This document shows positions 30,323 through 46,655 of a stretch of 64,000 bases of DNA, piece after piece. Below the pieces are notes generated by a model. The model saw only the letters and a list, made by a program, of their open reading frames with translations, did not search any database and was not told where the DNA came from. The first letter of the stretch is position 1, and each line of letters opens with the position of its first letter. This stretch comes from Eledone cirrhosa. Its lineage: Eukaryota. The translations under genes were made by a program, and so were the position numbers. Where the stretch lies: positions 18,786,001-18,850,000 of the forward strand of contig OZ024758.1 in the NCBI GenBank assembly GCA_964016885.1, given 5' to 3'.

Positions 30323-30522
30323 TATATCTATTTTCAGATATAAGTATACATTTTCGAACAATTCACCGTTCAGTTATGCGTTATATATTTGCTTCTATTT
30401 CAATGGTTTAAGTGTTTCTAAATATAACCCCAACCACACATCAATGCAATCTCACAAAGATACGTCCAGATAGCTACATATGGTAATCTTTCCGAATAAA
30501 ATTTTCGAATTGATTTACGAAC

Positions 30523-30595
<73 letters not shown>

Positions 30596-30601
30596 CACAC
30601 T

Positions 30602-30640
<39 letters not shown>

Positions 30641-30670
30641 GTGTGCGTGTGTGTATATATATATAGTTAG

Positions 30671-30721
<51 letters not shown>

Positions 30722-30927
30722 ACGAACACTGTGTTAAGGAACCAGGTGGACCATAACGCACCAGAGTACTCAATACTTATGGTAGTAGAGTGGGTAATAG
30801 AATAAAGTATGACCCCGACAGCAAAGCTCAAGCAGTTTCGACGGCTATTTCTGGACTGAATACTAGATGTCAATCAATATCCGTCGAAACTGTTTGAGCC
30901 CTGCCGTCGGGGTCTTACGTTTTCCTA
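30722..30927 (-). mobile_element. Family A palindromic element (reverse orientation)
   Basis: aaggaaccaggtggaccataacgcaccagagtactcaatac.. is the reverse complement of the family tail; diverged fold-back arm ends in tccta. Confidence 0.75.
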
Positions 30928-30934
30928 TATACAC

Positions 30935-31026
<92 letters not shown>

Positions 31027-31042
31027 GCGTGTCTATACATAT

Positions 31043-31115
<73 letters not shown>

Positions 31116-31830
31116 ATACATATATATATATATGTGTATACTTATATATATATGTGTATACCTATATATATATATATATGTGTATACATATATATATATA
31201 TGCTTTACACCTGTCTTATAACTATCAATTATTAATAATATAAATATTTTCATATAATTTTGTAACGAAATGTCATATCGTTTCTTCTGTTATTTAACGA
31301 AATACTAGATAGCATAACTGTAAAATTAACAATGCAAACATGCTTAATTTTGTTGTTTATCTTTTGGGAAATTCTCTGAAATTGTGAGCAACTTATTTGA
31401 GTTAGTTTGGTGGTTTATACTCTCTGAAAAAGAATAATATTTGCTCTTTATTAAGATGGAAATAAGCCAATATTTAAACAATTTATCAAGTTTCTCGGGA
31501 AAACCCAGAGGTATATATTGAAATACAGTGACGGTCGGTTGAAGGTTGAAACCATAGGGATTTACACAATTGGTGTATATTTCAGCAGAAACAGAATTAG
31601 GAAAAATTGGATTCGGCTGATATTTAAAGTTGCCAAAAAGTTGTTTTTCTTATTTTCCTTCCATTTTGCAACTTCACGCTTTCAGTATCAATATATATTA
31701 ATGTTGCATTTTTGGACTTTATGATACGATTCTGCGTGAAATAGACACAGACAAAATGTATTCTAATCATATTATACATAATGCTTTCTAACACTCTCTA
31801 TTTCCTTTTCCCTCTTCATATATATATAAA

Positions 31831-31868
<38 letters not shown>

Positions 31869-32007
31869 TAGGAGGGATATTTAATTAGTTGGACATCCGA
31901 CAAATATAAATATAAATCTTTATAACTATTCTAGAGCACTCAACAGTTCCTGGAGTAAATATTCAATGATATTAAATAAATGGAAAGTATATTTATAAAA
32001 CCACATT

Positions 32008-32070
32008 TATTTTATTATGTATATTTTAAGGGTACCAAACCACTTTGTTACGCTTTCTTCAGATGAAATA
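32008..32070 (-). ncRNA. Degenerate hammerhead, family B (GAAA changed to AAAA)
   Basis: Minus strand tatttcat-CUGAAGA-aagcgtaacaaa..tttggtaccctt-AAAA-UAUACA-UA-ataaaata. Confidence 0.6.
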
Positions 32071-32138
32071 TCCAGATAATATCCAACTTATGAGCTATGA
32101 TTTTCTTGGGTATGTCTCTATTTATAAAACAAACTTTG

Positions 32139-32202
32139 TATTCTATCTTAAGAAAGCGTACCAAAGCGTTGTGGTACCTTGAAATTTATATATAATAAAA
32201 TA
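32139..32202 (+). ncRNA. Degenerate hammerhead, family B (CUGAAGA changed to CUUAAGA)
   Basis: tattctat-CUUAAGA-aagcgtacca..tggtacctt-GAAA-..UA-ataaaata; inverted partner of 32008-32070. Confidence 0.55.
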
Positions 32203-32252
32203 AATATGTTTGTTTATAAATATAGTTTCAATTTATTTAATATCATTGTATA

Positions 32253-32348
<96 letters not shown>

Positions 32349-32396
32349 TCAGTATATATATATATATATATATATACAGTATATATACATATATAG

Positions 32397-32431
<35 letters not shown>

Positions 32432-32448
32432 GTATATATATATATAAA

Positions 32449-32493
<45 letters not shown>

Positions 32494-32529
32494 GTTTATA
32501 TATAAAGTATATATATATATATACATTAT

Positions 32530-32602
<73 letters not shown>

Positions 32603-32608
<6 letters not shown>

Positions 32609-32735
32609 TGCAGTAAGAAACACAGTAAACCGTCGTCTAATATTACAAGGGTTGAAAAACCACATTTGTTTGAAATATTTTACCATATATATATATGGTT
32701 AAATACGGTTTACTGTGTTTCTTACTGCATATATA
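32603..32735. repeat. Nested inverted repeats
   Basis: tgcagtaagaaacacagtaaaccgt versus acggtttactgtgtttcttactgca, with an inner TA-centred palindrome at ~32676-32705. Confidence 0.8.
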
Positions 32736-32812
32736 TTATTAATCGGCTCAGTATTTTATACTTGGAGCTTAATAGTTACGGGGTTTCAATTGGAGTTTTA
32801 ACTCCAATTTAC

Positions 32813-32877
<65 letters not shown>

Positions 32878-32928
32878 CGTTATTCCGGGTTGAATCGGAG
32901 GTAACAACATATTTATATTTTGATACCC

Positions 32929-32979
32929 AGATTCTTGATGATTTCTCAAGAATGAAACAGTTCTAGTCCTGTAGAATCT
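32929..32979 (+). ncRNA. Type I hammerhead ribozyme, family C
   Basis: AGAUUC-UUGAUGA-uUUC(ucaa)GAAu-GAAA-CAG(uucuaguc)CUG-UA/GAAUCU; perfect 6-bp stem I. Confidence 0.7.
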
Positions 32980-32991
32980 CATCTATATTAA

Positions 32992-33473
<482 letters not shown>

Positions 33474-34833
33474 TACTGTATATATACATATAAATGTATT
33501 TTAATGGTAGTTTAAAATATCGAGGCAATATTACATGACATAGGAGACGACAATGTGACGTCTATGCATTTTTGTTTAGCATCGCTGCTGGATGTTTTTC
33601 AAAATAAACGTAGATATGTTTGAAACTTAGGAACCATATACATAAACATTGGTTAAGGTGACTAAAATATCAAGTTCTACACTATTTTATTCTACTCATA
33701 TGTATATATATTATATATATATATATATATATGCATGCATGTGTATATGCGTCTGTTTGCGTATGGCTTCATGCTTGTTTGCTGGTAGTAGTTGTGTATG
33801 TGAATATATGTTGATGCATGCATGTGTTAGAGTGTGTGGAAGATTAACACTGATGATATCATGTTTGGATTAGCATGTCATATGTTTTACATGTAACCAT
33901 TAATTTAATGTAAAGTTACGCAATGTATGTGCTTTATCAAATTATAAAGATTATACAATTATTGTACACAAATAAATGCCGTTATAAATTAATATACTAT
34001 CCAAAACGCTTCGGCTACAAATCATCTAGCAACGGAGAGATGATAATACACTGGGATAATTGCTGGCCTTGTGCCAAACGTAGAAACAATTATCAGAATA
34101 TCACGTAATACGTGACTATTTATTATTCGTCTTGGTCACCATGTAGATCCATCGTCCTTACAATCTAGTTTGGGGATTTTGCAGCAAATCGTCTGCTTGA
34201 ATTGACGCAGATTCTGCAATCGGAATGGTGGTATAGTTTTCACAAATCTTGTAATTTCTCTCCACCCTTTATGACATGTTATACCAATTCTAAATATTTA
34301 AAAGAAATGATATTTAAAAAGGGCATTCATAACTAAACATACATATGCATAACTTTACGTTACTTTATAAATTATGACCGTCACATGAACTAATTACTCT
34401 CAACCCACTCCCTGGAAACTTTCAAATCAAAGCAAATAGACAAATATTAAAGGTTTCTAAATATATGAGAACAGATTTGTTGTTTTCACTACTCTTACAA
34501 TTCAGCTGAAATTATCAAAATTAATTTTTCTAGTCTGAAGAACATGAAGTATACTATACATAAATAGACATTTCTATTTTAAACACATATTAATATGAGT
34601 CAATCTAGTGTATATTTATCAGTAATAATGTAAGAACAATGTTTAAGAGATGTAATTGAAATGTAATGAGCAAGGAGATTTTTATAGAATCGACAAACAC
34701 AAAGAGTTGAAAAAGGTATATCTGTCAAATTATCGTCTCGCGAGAAATAAGTGGAGAAATATATACTTAAGATTAAGATCTCATTAAACATAGATATAAT
34801 ATATAAGAACAACGTTAGATGATAAAAGGGGAA

Positions 34834-34945
<112 letters not shown>

Positions 34946-36876
34946 AGAGAGAGAGAGAACTGGTAGACAGGCTAAAAGCTATATATTGTATTTTTACTGT
35001 GAATGTATGATTCCTGGATATATTTGACTAAGTATCAATCGTAGGATATTCCCTGAACAAAATGTATAGCATTCTATTATTTAAAACAGGATTTCATATA
35101 GAAATAATTTATATCCGTGGGAATGGGAGAGAGAGAAGAGAGACAACGTTTTTAAATATGACTTTATACTACAGGCGGCTAGGAGTACTAGAATTTGCCA
35201 ACAAATGCATGAGTGTTGTGTTCTTAGGAAATATGTCAGTAGTGTTGGACACGAGTTTGGTGAAAACAAATGTGAGAAAATATAAATATCAATTGTCCCA
35301 GACTCCTTGATTCTGATATCGAAATGACAGAAATATGCGTTTATGGCACTTTGTTCATTAGTCTTAAGAATATTGAAAGTTACACAATTAGTAGCATTAA
35401 ATTGAAGGTACATGAAATGTATATTTATACCGTTTTCGCTGGATGTGAACGTGCCTAATGACACTCTGTTTCAGTTAAACGACCAATCTAATACTTGAGG
35501 ATAGCAATTACTACCATTAATAATATTTTTAAGAATGTGTGAAACTTTCATGAAGGTATGGTCCATAATACTTACAGTTTCAGTTGAAATGCTGCTAGAA
35601 TAGTGTTTTAAACCCAAAATCACGTGTGCTTTTGAATTCTTCAATGCTTAAAATGCTATATGGTGTTTAATAATTAATTGACTTAGTGAAATTCGGTGAA
35701 ATATTTCATCGTCGATACATACATCAAGCATACATTGTATTTTTTCAAAACGATTGACTACTTGAACGTGGTGCAATTAACTTTGCCGATAACAATGGTG
35801 TTGTCACAGCAGAATTGTTTAATGCATCAGCAGATTTAATCGTTGACAAAGCACATTTATCTGAAACGTGAATAAAAAATATTCAACAGACACATTCGCA
35901 ACCAGATAAAATGTATGTCTTCTGAATGAATGTTTATCTTCTACTTCTTCTTCGCTCTTAAAAATATACTTAATGTATTTGATAAAGAATAAATCGTGTT
36001 TTAATCCAACGTGTCTTGTTAATCAGAAACACTTTAGTAATACTATTTACAGCACCGAAATTTTGGATTGTACGATTTTAATGTGAAATACCCTTTGCAG
36101 ATATGTTCTCTTCATGAATATTTGTGTATAATTCCAATTAAAATATGATTATCTTTCAAATGAGAAAGAAAAATATGCAACAGTTTAATGAAACCTAATG
36201 GAATATCTTGCCATACATTTATTATTCAAATTTCCCCATTTTAAATCGTTTAAAAACAAAGCTTTCTTAACCATAAACGTTGTTTAAGGTAATATGTGAG
36301 CTAGTTTACCAAATACCAGCCACTGTGATATTGCCTGATCCACGGTACAATACTGCAGTTGATTAAATATACTCAAACCGTGAGTTGTTGTATCCATATA
36401 TAGTCAGGTTTAAGCGGAGGAATGAAGATGCATCGCACACAACTACGTAATAAATAAATTATTAGCTCGACGAACATGGCAAAAAGGGTGAGTATATTCA
36501 CATCACGTTGTTTGATTAAATGTTTCTGTTGAACATCCCAAGAACCATGCCGATTAATATATGCGACTAAAGAAGGCCGGATAATATAACAGCCATAAGG
36601 TTGTGATATATGAAAGCTTATTCGCGTGTGTTTATGTGTAGGGAAACATGGACATACAGAGTAACACACAAATAATGCCGGTTTGTTTACATATAAAGGA
36701 ACATTGTATAAACACATGAATTTAATTCAAATATTTGTCTTTACTATTATAAAGAACGAATTTCAAACAGTCCAACTCTCATTTTATAGGAATTTTCTTT
36801 TCAAAATATGTATGTTTCGTACAAAAATAAAAAAGCACTCAGTAAGACACATGTACATACACAATTTATGGCTTTG

Positions 36877-36987
<111 letters not shown>

Positions 36988-37303
36988 GAACACACATACT
37001 TACATCTACTCGCACACTCACATGCACACCCACAAGCATGAGATACATAATCCATTGGATATATTTATCAACAGCACCATACATGAAAGTTTTTAAAAAA
37101 GTCAATTTGATGGTATAAACACAGAGATTTGCGGTTTAGAAATATAAAACTATTCATGTTTATGAATTATTCATAGTTTCAAACACAAATACTAGACAAA
37201 TTATTCCATATATATTTGTATAATTACAACAATCTTTCTAATAAGAATTAGTATCATTATTGTTATTATTATTGAGGTTAATAAAGAAATCATTATTGTT
37301 ATA

Positions 37304-37368
<65 letters not shown>

Positions 37369-37580
37369 TATTCTAAAACATAAAGAACAAAATCTCGTAG
37401 AATGACTTTAATAATTATTACTGTTATTTTATGTTATAACATTTATATCATTTCATTATTTTAGTATTTTTGTTGTTGGTGCTGTTGTCCCCTATATGTT
37501 GGTCATTGTGGCCAATAAAGGAAATCTTTATTATTACTATCATTATTAATATTTGGAATTATATAATGTTATTATCATTA

Positions 37581-37642
<62 letters not shown>

Positions 37643-38036
37643 ATTATTCATAAACTTATAATATTTTCATTACTATTAAAACTTTATTTGAGCTTCTAGC
37701 GATTTCTACTGATTTATATGAAGGCAGCTAAAGAGGCTTAAAAATTGAATTTGAATTTTTCCAAATATGTATTCGGAAGTATATTCCACTCTTCAAATTT
37801 CACAGCGTTTGTTAGACTATCGATAGCTGTTATATTTACTCGTTGATTTCCAATAGCAGCATATATATATAAGGCTCGTTAGAATCCGTCGCCATATTAT
37901 GTTTTGAGCATACGTTATCGTAAACCTTTACTATTCATCTATCATATCATTTGCATTTTTGCCAAATTCCAGTTCATTTTTAATTTCAAGAAGAAAAATG
38001 CTTACAAAACAGTGTATATATGTATGTATGAATGAC

Positions 38037-38196
<160 letters not shown>

Positions 38197-39260
38197 GAGA
38201 GAGAGAGAGAGCGAGATTTGAAGAATTTCAGTCAGCAAAGTAATCAGTATTCAAGACGAAGACAAAGCATCAAAAATAAAAAAAAGGATATTTGTTATTG
38301 CCTTGAAACTAACAACAAATTATATCTCACATAGTTAACTTCGAAGTAAGTTTTAGTACAAAAATAATGAACAATAAAATCATCAACGCTTTTATTACAT
38401 GAACTTTGACCCTTGTTTCTTTCACGTATATTGTTTCATATGTGTAATCTGAGTTCCGATACATGATCATTTCTGGATAGAAAACAAATAGACATAATTT
38501 AGTTTTGTTATTATTGTCATTGTAAACCTTTAGAAGCCTATAAAGCAAACATCTTTGAATTATCAATTCGATTATTTCGTATGTTTTAGTGTAGCACAGT
38601 CAGCGTGCATATTTTGTGTTATTGGCACTTGTACAACGATTGTTGCAACTTATCTGGCTCCACAGAGTAAGAAGCGCTATTGTTCACACACTTAGACCGT
38701 GATTCTAGCCAGCAAAGATTGACAGGTCTATTAAACATGGCCGGATCATATTACAACCGTTCTTCTACTTCAATTTCCGGTCACATGGTTTAATCACTTG
38801 ATGATATTGCAGCTCAATGTCGTCGTGCTATCGATTGATGCAGTAATTTGTCTTCTCTATGGCGTGTGTTACTTCCTAACATCCGGCTGTTCAACTACTT
38901 TGCATGATTTTCATTCCTTTCTTTTTCAGTTGTAACAACGTTCTGTGGTTTTCTTCTATACTTTCTTATCTTTCTCTTTATCTTTTATTTTACCTACTTT
39001 ATCATCTTATTTTTCTTCTTCCTCTTCTTCACCTCCTTCTCCGACTACGTCTTCTCCTTCTTATGTATCTCCTTCCTCTTCTTCATCTCTTTTTCCGACT
39101 AGTTATTCTTTTCTTTCTACTTCTTCATTTCAGACTCCTACTTATTTTTATTTTTCTTCTCATTTGTTTATTTGTTGTTATTGTTTTTTTTATTATAAGA
39201 GTTATTTTTATGATGGTTATTCATCTTTATTTTGTTGTTGTTGTTGTTTTCCTTCTTCTT

Positions 39261-39535
39261 ATTCTTCTTCTTCTTCTTCTTCTTCTTCTTCTTCTTCTTC
39301 TTCTTCTTCTTCTTCTTCTTCTTTTTTTTTTCTTCTTCTTCTTCTTCTTCTTCTTTTTCTTCTTCTTCTTCTTCGTCTTCTTCGTCTTCTCCCGTCGATT
39401 GTCTTGTTTTGTCTATATTATAAGTATCAACATCATGACCATCCTTTAATACCTTCACTGTCATCAACATCATTATCATCATCATCATCTTCATCATCAT
39501 CATCACCATCACTATCTTCGCTTTCATCATCATCA
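39261..39535. repeat. (CTT)n and (CAT)n trinucleotide repeats
   Basis: Seen directly; explains the poly-S/L/F/K/E ORFs. Confidence 0.9.
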
Positions 39536-40286
39536 TAATCAACAGCAACAAGAGTATCATTATATTATAATTATTAGTAAGTTTCCTAACTTTCTCATTT
39601 CCCTTAATTATGTCTCACTACATACTTATTCTCGTAAATATTTTCTCTTCTTTAACTCATTTTTACGGCTTGCAGTCTTCATTATCTTCAGCAGTAGCAG
39701 CAGCAACACCAGCAGGAACATTCTCAATTTAAATTCAGTTTATCTGTCCTTCTCTCATCATGTGTCATCTGATTGTTAGTTTGACTATCTATATAATATC
39801 CTACCTAATTAAAAATTCACGTATATTCACATGAAAATCATTGGAAACAAAAGGAAGATGGAACCAAAAAGAAAGAAGGGAGAGAGGTATCGGTGAATGA
39901 ATAGAGGATAATTTAACGGTTTGGACAGTCATCCTTCCTTAAAACAAGTAAAGGATGAAATAAAAATAATTTCAGATGAAACTAATAAACATAAGAGGAT
40001 CTCTCTTAATATAAAGAAATCTGTTTGGGGAATAGTAGAAAGAAAAGTATAGAATGAAATAAAATTTGGTTTATTCTGAGAATAATATGATCTAAAAGGG
40101 ATGTTTGTGATTAGAATAGGAAGGTGGAACTAACAGTGTGAGTGTGATTCATAAGTGTATGTGATCGGTAAATTAAATGAGTGAATTTTCAAACTACACA
40201 CAGAAGCTAGACAAGTAAAGGATATCTCCACGTCACGACCCGTAAATAAATCCTCTTAGATTCTCCGTGTGTATTTTCTACTCCAT

Positions 40287-40847
<561 letters not shown>

Positions 40848-40906
40848 TTATATACACACACACACACATATATAGATATATGTGTGTGTGTGTGTAAGTG
40901 TGTATG

Positions 40907-40968
<62 letters not shown>

Positions 40969-41538
40969 TTAAAGTGTGTGTGTATTAGTGTGCACGAAAG
41001 TGTATGGAAGTAAGAAAAGCTGTGTTATAATGCAGATATGTCAAGAAAACTAATAAAAGGGAACAAAATCAAATCAAATCTTGTGTCGCATAAGATAATA
41101 ACGGCTAGTGAACATTCTTCAGTGATTTTGCTCAACTATTTGTATCTATGAATCATTAGGCTAATGTAATAGATCTCTTTCCAAGGGGAATAATTTAAAA
41201 ATATAGAAGTCATAATATTCAAAGAGAACCTTTTAAATCTTTGAATCTTTCATGAGTTAAACAACGATGAATATATCATTTCATCCTAGCCATATTATGT
41301 GTGTCCACTAAGACCAAATGGATTATGTGAGATCAAAGAGTAACTTACCGAATATCATAGGAATACTAAATGTATAGACCTATACCCAAACTCTATAGAT
41401 AATACAATGTCCAGAAATATTTTCTTAGCCATTGACATTTAAGTAGTGTATTCTAATAGTTACATATACATACGTACAATTGTACCTACCTATATACATA
41501 TACTTGTGTGAATGTATGTGACGCTATATAACTATAAC

Positions 41539-41612
<74 letters not shown>

Positions 41613-41624
41613 CTTATATATACA

Positions 41625-41731
<107 letters not shown>

Positions 41732-41828
41732 ATTGTAATAATCATAAATTTGAAGACTAAAATCCAAAGAGGGCTCGATAAGGGTAAATGTATATCAAAT
41801 ATATAAGAACCGTTAATCTGTTATTTTA

Positions 41829-41896
<68 letters not shown>

Positions 41897-41909
41897 ATTT
41901 ATATATATA

Positions 41910-41960
<51 letters not shown>

Positions 41961-42021
41961 TTATTTATTTATATGTACATTTACATATATCTCTCTCTCT
42001 ATATATATATATATAGATATC

Positions 42022-42100
<79 letters not shown>

Positions 42101-42127
42101 TTATATACATACACATATATATTCATT

Positions 42128-42158
<31 letters not shown>

Positions 42159-42195
42159 TTAATCATATAGATATATATACATACGTACACACACA

Positions 42196-42231
<36 letters not shown>

Positions 42232-43514
42232 ATTGTGTGGAGAGGGTAGTATGTGTATATGCTGATCTATTCAAATTGACAGAGGTGAGCTGTCTCATTT
42301 ATTATTGTTCAGCCAATCTCTGCCATACGGATATGTGAAAGACACTGGTGGTTTCCAAGTTCAAAACAAAGAAATGATTTACTACGTCTTAAGTAAACAT
42401 GACAGGCAAAAGTCAGCAACTCTTCAGGATTTATTCTATATGGAAGTAGAATGATATTCCTCTGCGCCATCATATGACTTGGCCGTCGAAGTTAGGGCTT
42501 ACATGGTTTGCTGCACATATAATGAATATAGTATTTACAGAAAAAGAATTGACCAAGATTGAATGTTGAACCATCAGTCGTTTTTAGTAAATGTTTTTGT
42601 ATGTTTGTTTGAAGTCCTCCCTAGATTTCTATATATTTCATCCTTTCGAGTTTGGTAAATATTACTATCACATAATTTATAGATGTTTTCTTTTATTATT
42701 TCTCCCAGGTTTTACATACTTATATGAATACATTTAACTTGTAGTTATTTAAAGAAGAATGTACATTAAATAAATCTTTAGTTTTTAATCTACTGGCTTT
42801 GAGAGATTGCAACTCAATATAAATTCAATTCCTGGTGGTGCATTTTGTCCTTTAGCAAAAGTCTACATGTGATATTGCATCAGTCCACTCTGCCTGCAAA
42901 CATAACTCGTACATTTATGTCGAAAACCCAACCATGTCATATTAGGTGTCACCCTCAAATTCATAGAGAGCTATGTCAACAGTACAAGGATCTGCTGATA
43001 GCTTAATCGCATACATGATAATTTCAAGAGCTGACCGAGAATATGATGGAATCACCTGGAACACTCGACATATTTGACTCCCGACATTGCATTTTGTTTT
43101 CAGTACACCACTGTATGTATTAGCTAACACAAATTAATTGTACCTGTAAGCCCAAACTCGTCCTATATGTTTTCATTATGTGACTCTATAAGAATTATAT
43201 AAACGGAGCACGTATATCTGAGATTTTCCCGTAGGCCGTTCCCTTCGACAAATAACTGAAACAAACATCATCGATAGAGATTAAGGTCCATTCTATTCTT
43301 TACAATATAAATTGCAGTTATGTTTGCGTCATAAATGATAGGAATAATAACTGAAATTAGTAGCTATTTCAGAAACATTCAGCACGCTACAAGAAGTACA
43401 GCAAATTTCAAACATATTCATCTCCTTTGTCTCCCTCTCCCTCTCTCTCATTTACTTTTTTTTTTCTCTCCCACTCTCTCCATTTATCCCCTTCTTTATA
43501 TCGCTTTCTCTCCT

Positions 43515-43562
<48 letters not shown>

Positions 43563-43566
43563 CTTC

Positions 43567-43601
<35 letters not shown>

Positions 43602-43625
43602 AGCTCTCTCTCTCTATATATATAT

Positions 43626-43668
<43 letters not shown>

Positions 43669-43761
43669 CTATTAAACACACGCAAATACTCATAGAGACA
43701 AATTGACACACACATACATTCACACACTCGTATATATATATGAATATCGTTAACCCACAAA

Positions 43762-43858
<97 letters not shown>

Positions 43859-44742
43859 GTGTGTATATGCGTGGGTATGTATATGTTCGTCTGAGCTGAG
43901 TGTCTGCATATGTATCGGTTGATGTACGTATTGAGCGAGATAAACTTACCAAAGTATTGATTTCTCTTCAGTTCGTTATTTTGCATGAATCATTGATAAA
44001 GGTAAGGGATGTATAAACCTCAATTATCGATGTTCCATCTGCTCTCTCTTGTAACACTATTGAACTTTAGTAATTGAGTGGAGCTTGTAGCAGTTTTATT
44101 CTCAGGCTGTTAAAGTCGTAAACAAAATAAAGATTGTTATCTTTAATTTTGGTGCATATGTTCGTTAACATCGTAAAACATTACTAATAAAAACAACACA
44201 CGGATATATTAGATAAACATATAAAATATACACATATATAAAATAAATAAATAATAATAACCTAGTAGTACTTTCTAGCGAAATTTCTAGATTTCAGATT
44301 TTATGGGATAAACAAATATTCAATACACATGTTGGTTGTGACATTAAATATTGATTCCACATACAATGAGAGAACTTCAATGATTTTTGGTATATGATAA
44401 GGAAAATTATGATATTCATCTTGTATCAAATATCATGAGTATTCTTATTAAAACTATTTACTGGGTGAAAATCGAACTAAATACCAGGTGTAATATTAAA
44501 AAAAGCCAACGATCCATACCCGATAAACCTGTGGGAACCATTTTAGATAATGACAGAGACGAAATTAAAGTAAATCTGACGATATATTGTTTTTCGTCCT
44601 TGTGGTTTTTGCATTAATCTATATAAAGAGGTGAAGTTTCCTAGAAATATTAAATAGAATTGACTGACGTGTGAAATTTTGCAAAGACATTTATGTACGT
44701 AGGAAATCTATACGGAGCCGAAGATCTGGATTGAAGAGGGTA

Positions 44743-45030
44743 GATAGATGATATATGAGTTTCTTCCCAAACGGAACTGACTTGAGATCAGCCATGTCTA
44801 AATGTAGACACCACACTATGCTGTATATAATTCAGATAGAAAAAGAAATCAAATCTAATGTTTGGAATATTTGGAAGGAGAAGTCATGTTGATAGATGAT
44901 ATATTAATTTCTTCCCTAATGGAACTGACTTGAGATCAGCCATGTCTAAGAAGTAGACACCACTATATGCTGCATATCATTCAGATAGAAAAAGAAATAA
45001 AACTAAAGTTTGAAATTTTCGGAAGGTGAA
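44743..45030 (+). repeat. Tandem duplication, 148-bp period
   Basis: gatagatgatata..ggaactgacttgagatcagccatgtctaa..tcagatagaaaaagaaat occurs at 44743 and 44891. Confidence 0.85.
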
Positions 45031-45346
45031 TTTATGCGGATATTTTTAGACGCAAGTTAGTCTATCTCTGGAATAGAATTCAAATGTTGTCTCCGGTTTA
45101 AAGTAGATAGTTGAGGTTGTAACATATTCCAGTCTAGGTGTTTACATACTGAAATGTCTATATAAAACAGTCTATTGGTTTAATGCTCACGTGAGTTCGG
45201 GTATGCACCCGCTTCACACTCACCCACCCACTTCACACTCACCCACCCACTTCACACTCACCCACCCACTTCACACACACATACATATTTATACATACAT
45301 GCATATATATATATATTTACATATACAAGCATATATATATATATAT

Positions 45347-45950
45347 GTAGGAGGTGAGTTTTATTGTAGTACAATAAAGCAATGCAGATATCGGATAAGT
45401 AGCACTCTACAGTTTGTAGGACTGGAGTATAAATAATATATAAAATCAAAAGATGGTTAAAAGAGTTCCATGTATTTTATTATGCGCATTTCAAAAACAA
45501 ATACCATCATGCGATGACAGTTGCGTTTTCGTCAGATAGGGAGACATGATATGAAGTTTAGAAAACACTTGTGAATAGTGCAATTTTAAATCAACATCTG
45601 AAAAGTAGTTTTAGATTGATGTGTGATATTGGGAAAAAAACTGAGGTGGGTGGTTGTGGGAAGGATGAAATAGAGGAGGAGATGAGAGTAAATAATGGAG
45701 GGGGAGGAGTATAATAAGGAAGGATTAGATAGAAGGAGAGATGGGTGATAGAGAGAGAGAGATAGCTTTTATAACTGAGAAAGATGTATTGTTTTAGAGA
45801 GAGAGGTTAAAAAACCGTTGGAAGATAATATATAAATTAAAAGAATTTGAAAATTAAGGAAGAGAAATATTTAAGAATAATGTTAAATTAAGGTTTGTAT
45901 ATTGAAGGGTTTAATAATATGTGCGATGAAAATGACTGAGACTCAAAGAA
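45347..45950 (-). mobile_element. Family B-related HHR element with upstream pyrimidine-rich (minus strand) region
   Basis: Starts gtaggagg like the 31868 element, has AGCACTCTACAGT..CTGGAG, and an HHR at 45469-45548. Right boundary approximate. Confidence 0.5.
45469..45548 (-). ncRNA. Type I hammerhead ribozyme, family B, intact core
   Basis: Minus strand CAUGU..UAU-CUGACGA-aaacgcaactgtcatc(gcat)gatggtatttgttttt-GAAA-UGCGCA-UA/AUA..ACAUG. 14/16-bp stem II and a perfectly palindromic loop III. Confidence 0.75.
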
Positions 45951-46094
45951 CAATAATAATAATAATAATTGTTTCTACTATTGGCACAAGGCCAGCCATT
46001 ACCTAGTACATTACTGGTAGTTTATTTTATAATAATAATAATAATAATTGTTTCTACTTTAGGCACAAGACCAGCAATTACCCAGTGGATTACT

Positions 46095-46115
<21 letters not shown>
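45951..46115 (-). mobile_element. Two SINE tail fragments in (AAT)n
   Basis: Two occurrences of ataattgtttctact..ggcacaag.ccagc. Confidence 0.7.
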
Positions 46116-46127
<12 letters not shown>

Positions 46128-46163
46128 CAAGGACAAATATTTACTCCTTCATTAAATTTATAG

Positions 46164-46262
46164 GTTGGTGACGGACGTTTCGCTAGTGATCAGCTAAGGT
46201 TCGTTCTGTATCGATCTGTATCGATCTAGCCCCTCTTTGCAATCAAAAGCTCGTCGAACATC
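46164..46262 (-). ncRNA. Degenerate hammerhead-like motif
   Basis: Minus strand UCGACGA-GCU...AGC-GAAA-CGUCCG-UC/ACC. First core box mutated, long loop II, weak stem I; abuts a (TA)n tract. Confidence 0.4.
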
Positions 46263-46265
46263 TCC

Positions 46266-46330
<65 letters not shown>

Positions 46331-46461
46331 CATGGGAGGGAGCGTGTATGTATAAATTACGGCTAATAAGTCAACAGATATTGCCGTAAAGACACGCCTC
46401 TCACCACGTTTCGTAAAATATTTGTTTTGTGATTACAATCCTTTTATTTCATATATTCATA

Positions 46462-46655
46462 ATAATAATAATTGTTTCTACTTTTGGCTCAAGGCCAGCA
46501 ATTTCCAGTCTATTACTGGTACTTTATTTTATAGACCCCATAAGGATGAAAGGGAAAGTTAACCTCGGCGGGATTTGAACTCAGAATGGCAAGGACCGTA
46601 ACTCTATGCGTCAAAGCATGGCGTCCGACCCTCTACCGATACTGCCAATCCACCG
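46462..46655 (-). mobile_element. tRNA-derived SINE, main family
   Basis: Full-length reverse copy. Confidence 0.85.

Larger units (their letters stand above)
31868..32248. mobile_element. Family B HHR element with internal inverted repeat
   Basis: Arms ~31964-32070 and ~32139-32248 are diverged reverse complements; (TA)n on both sides. Confidence 0.65.

Noticed and set aside
38904-39560. Poly-L/S/F/K ORFs resembling membrane or low-complexity proteins
   Set aside because: Read-through of (CTT)n and (CAT)n repeats.
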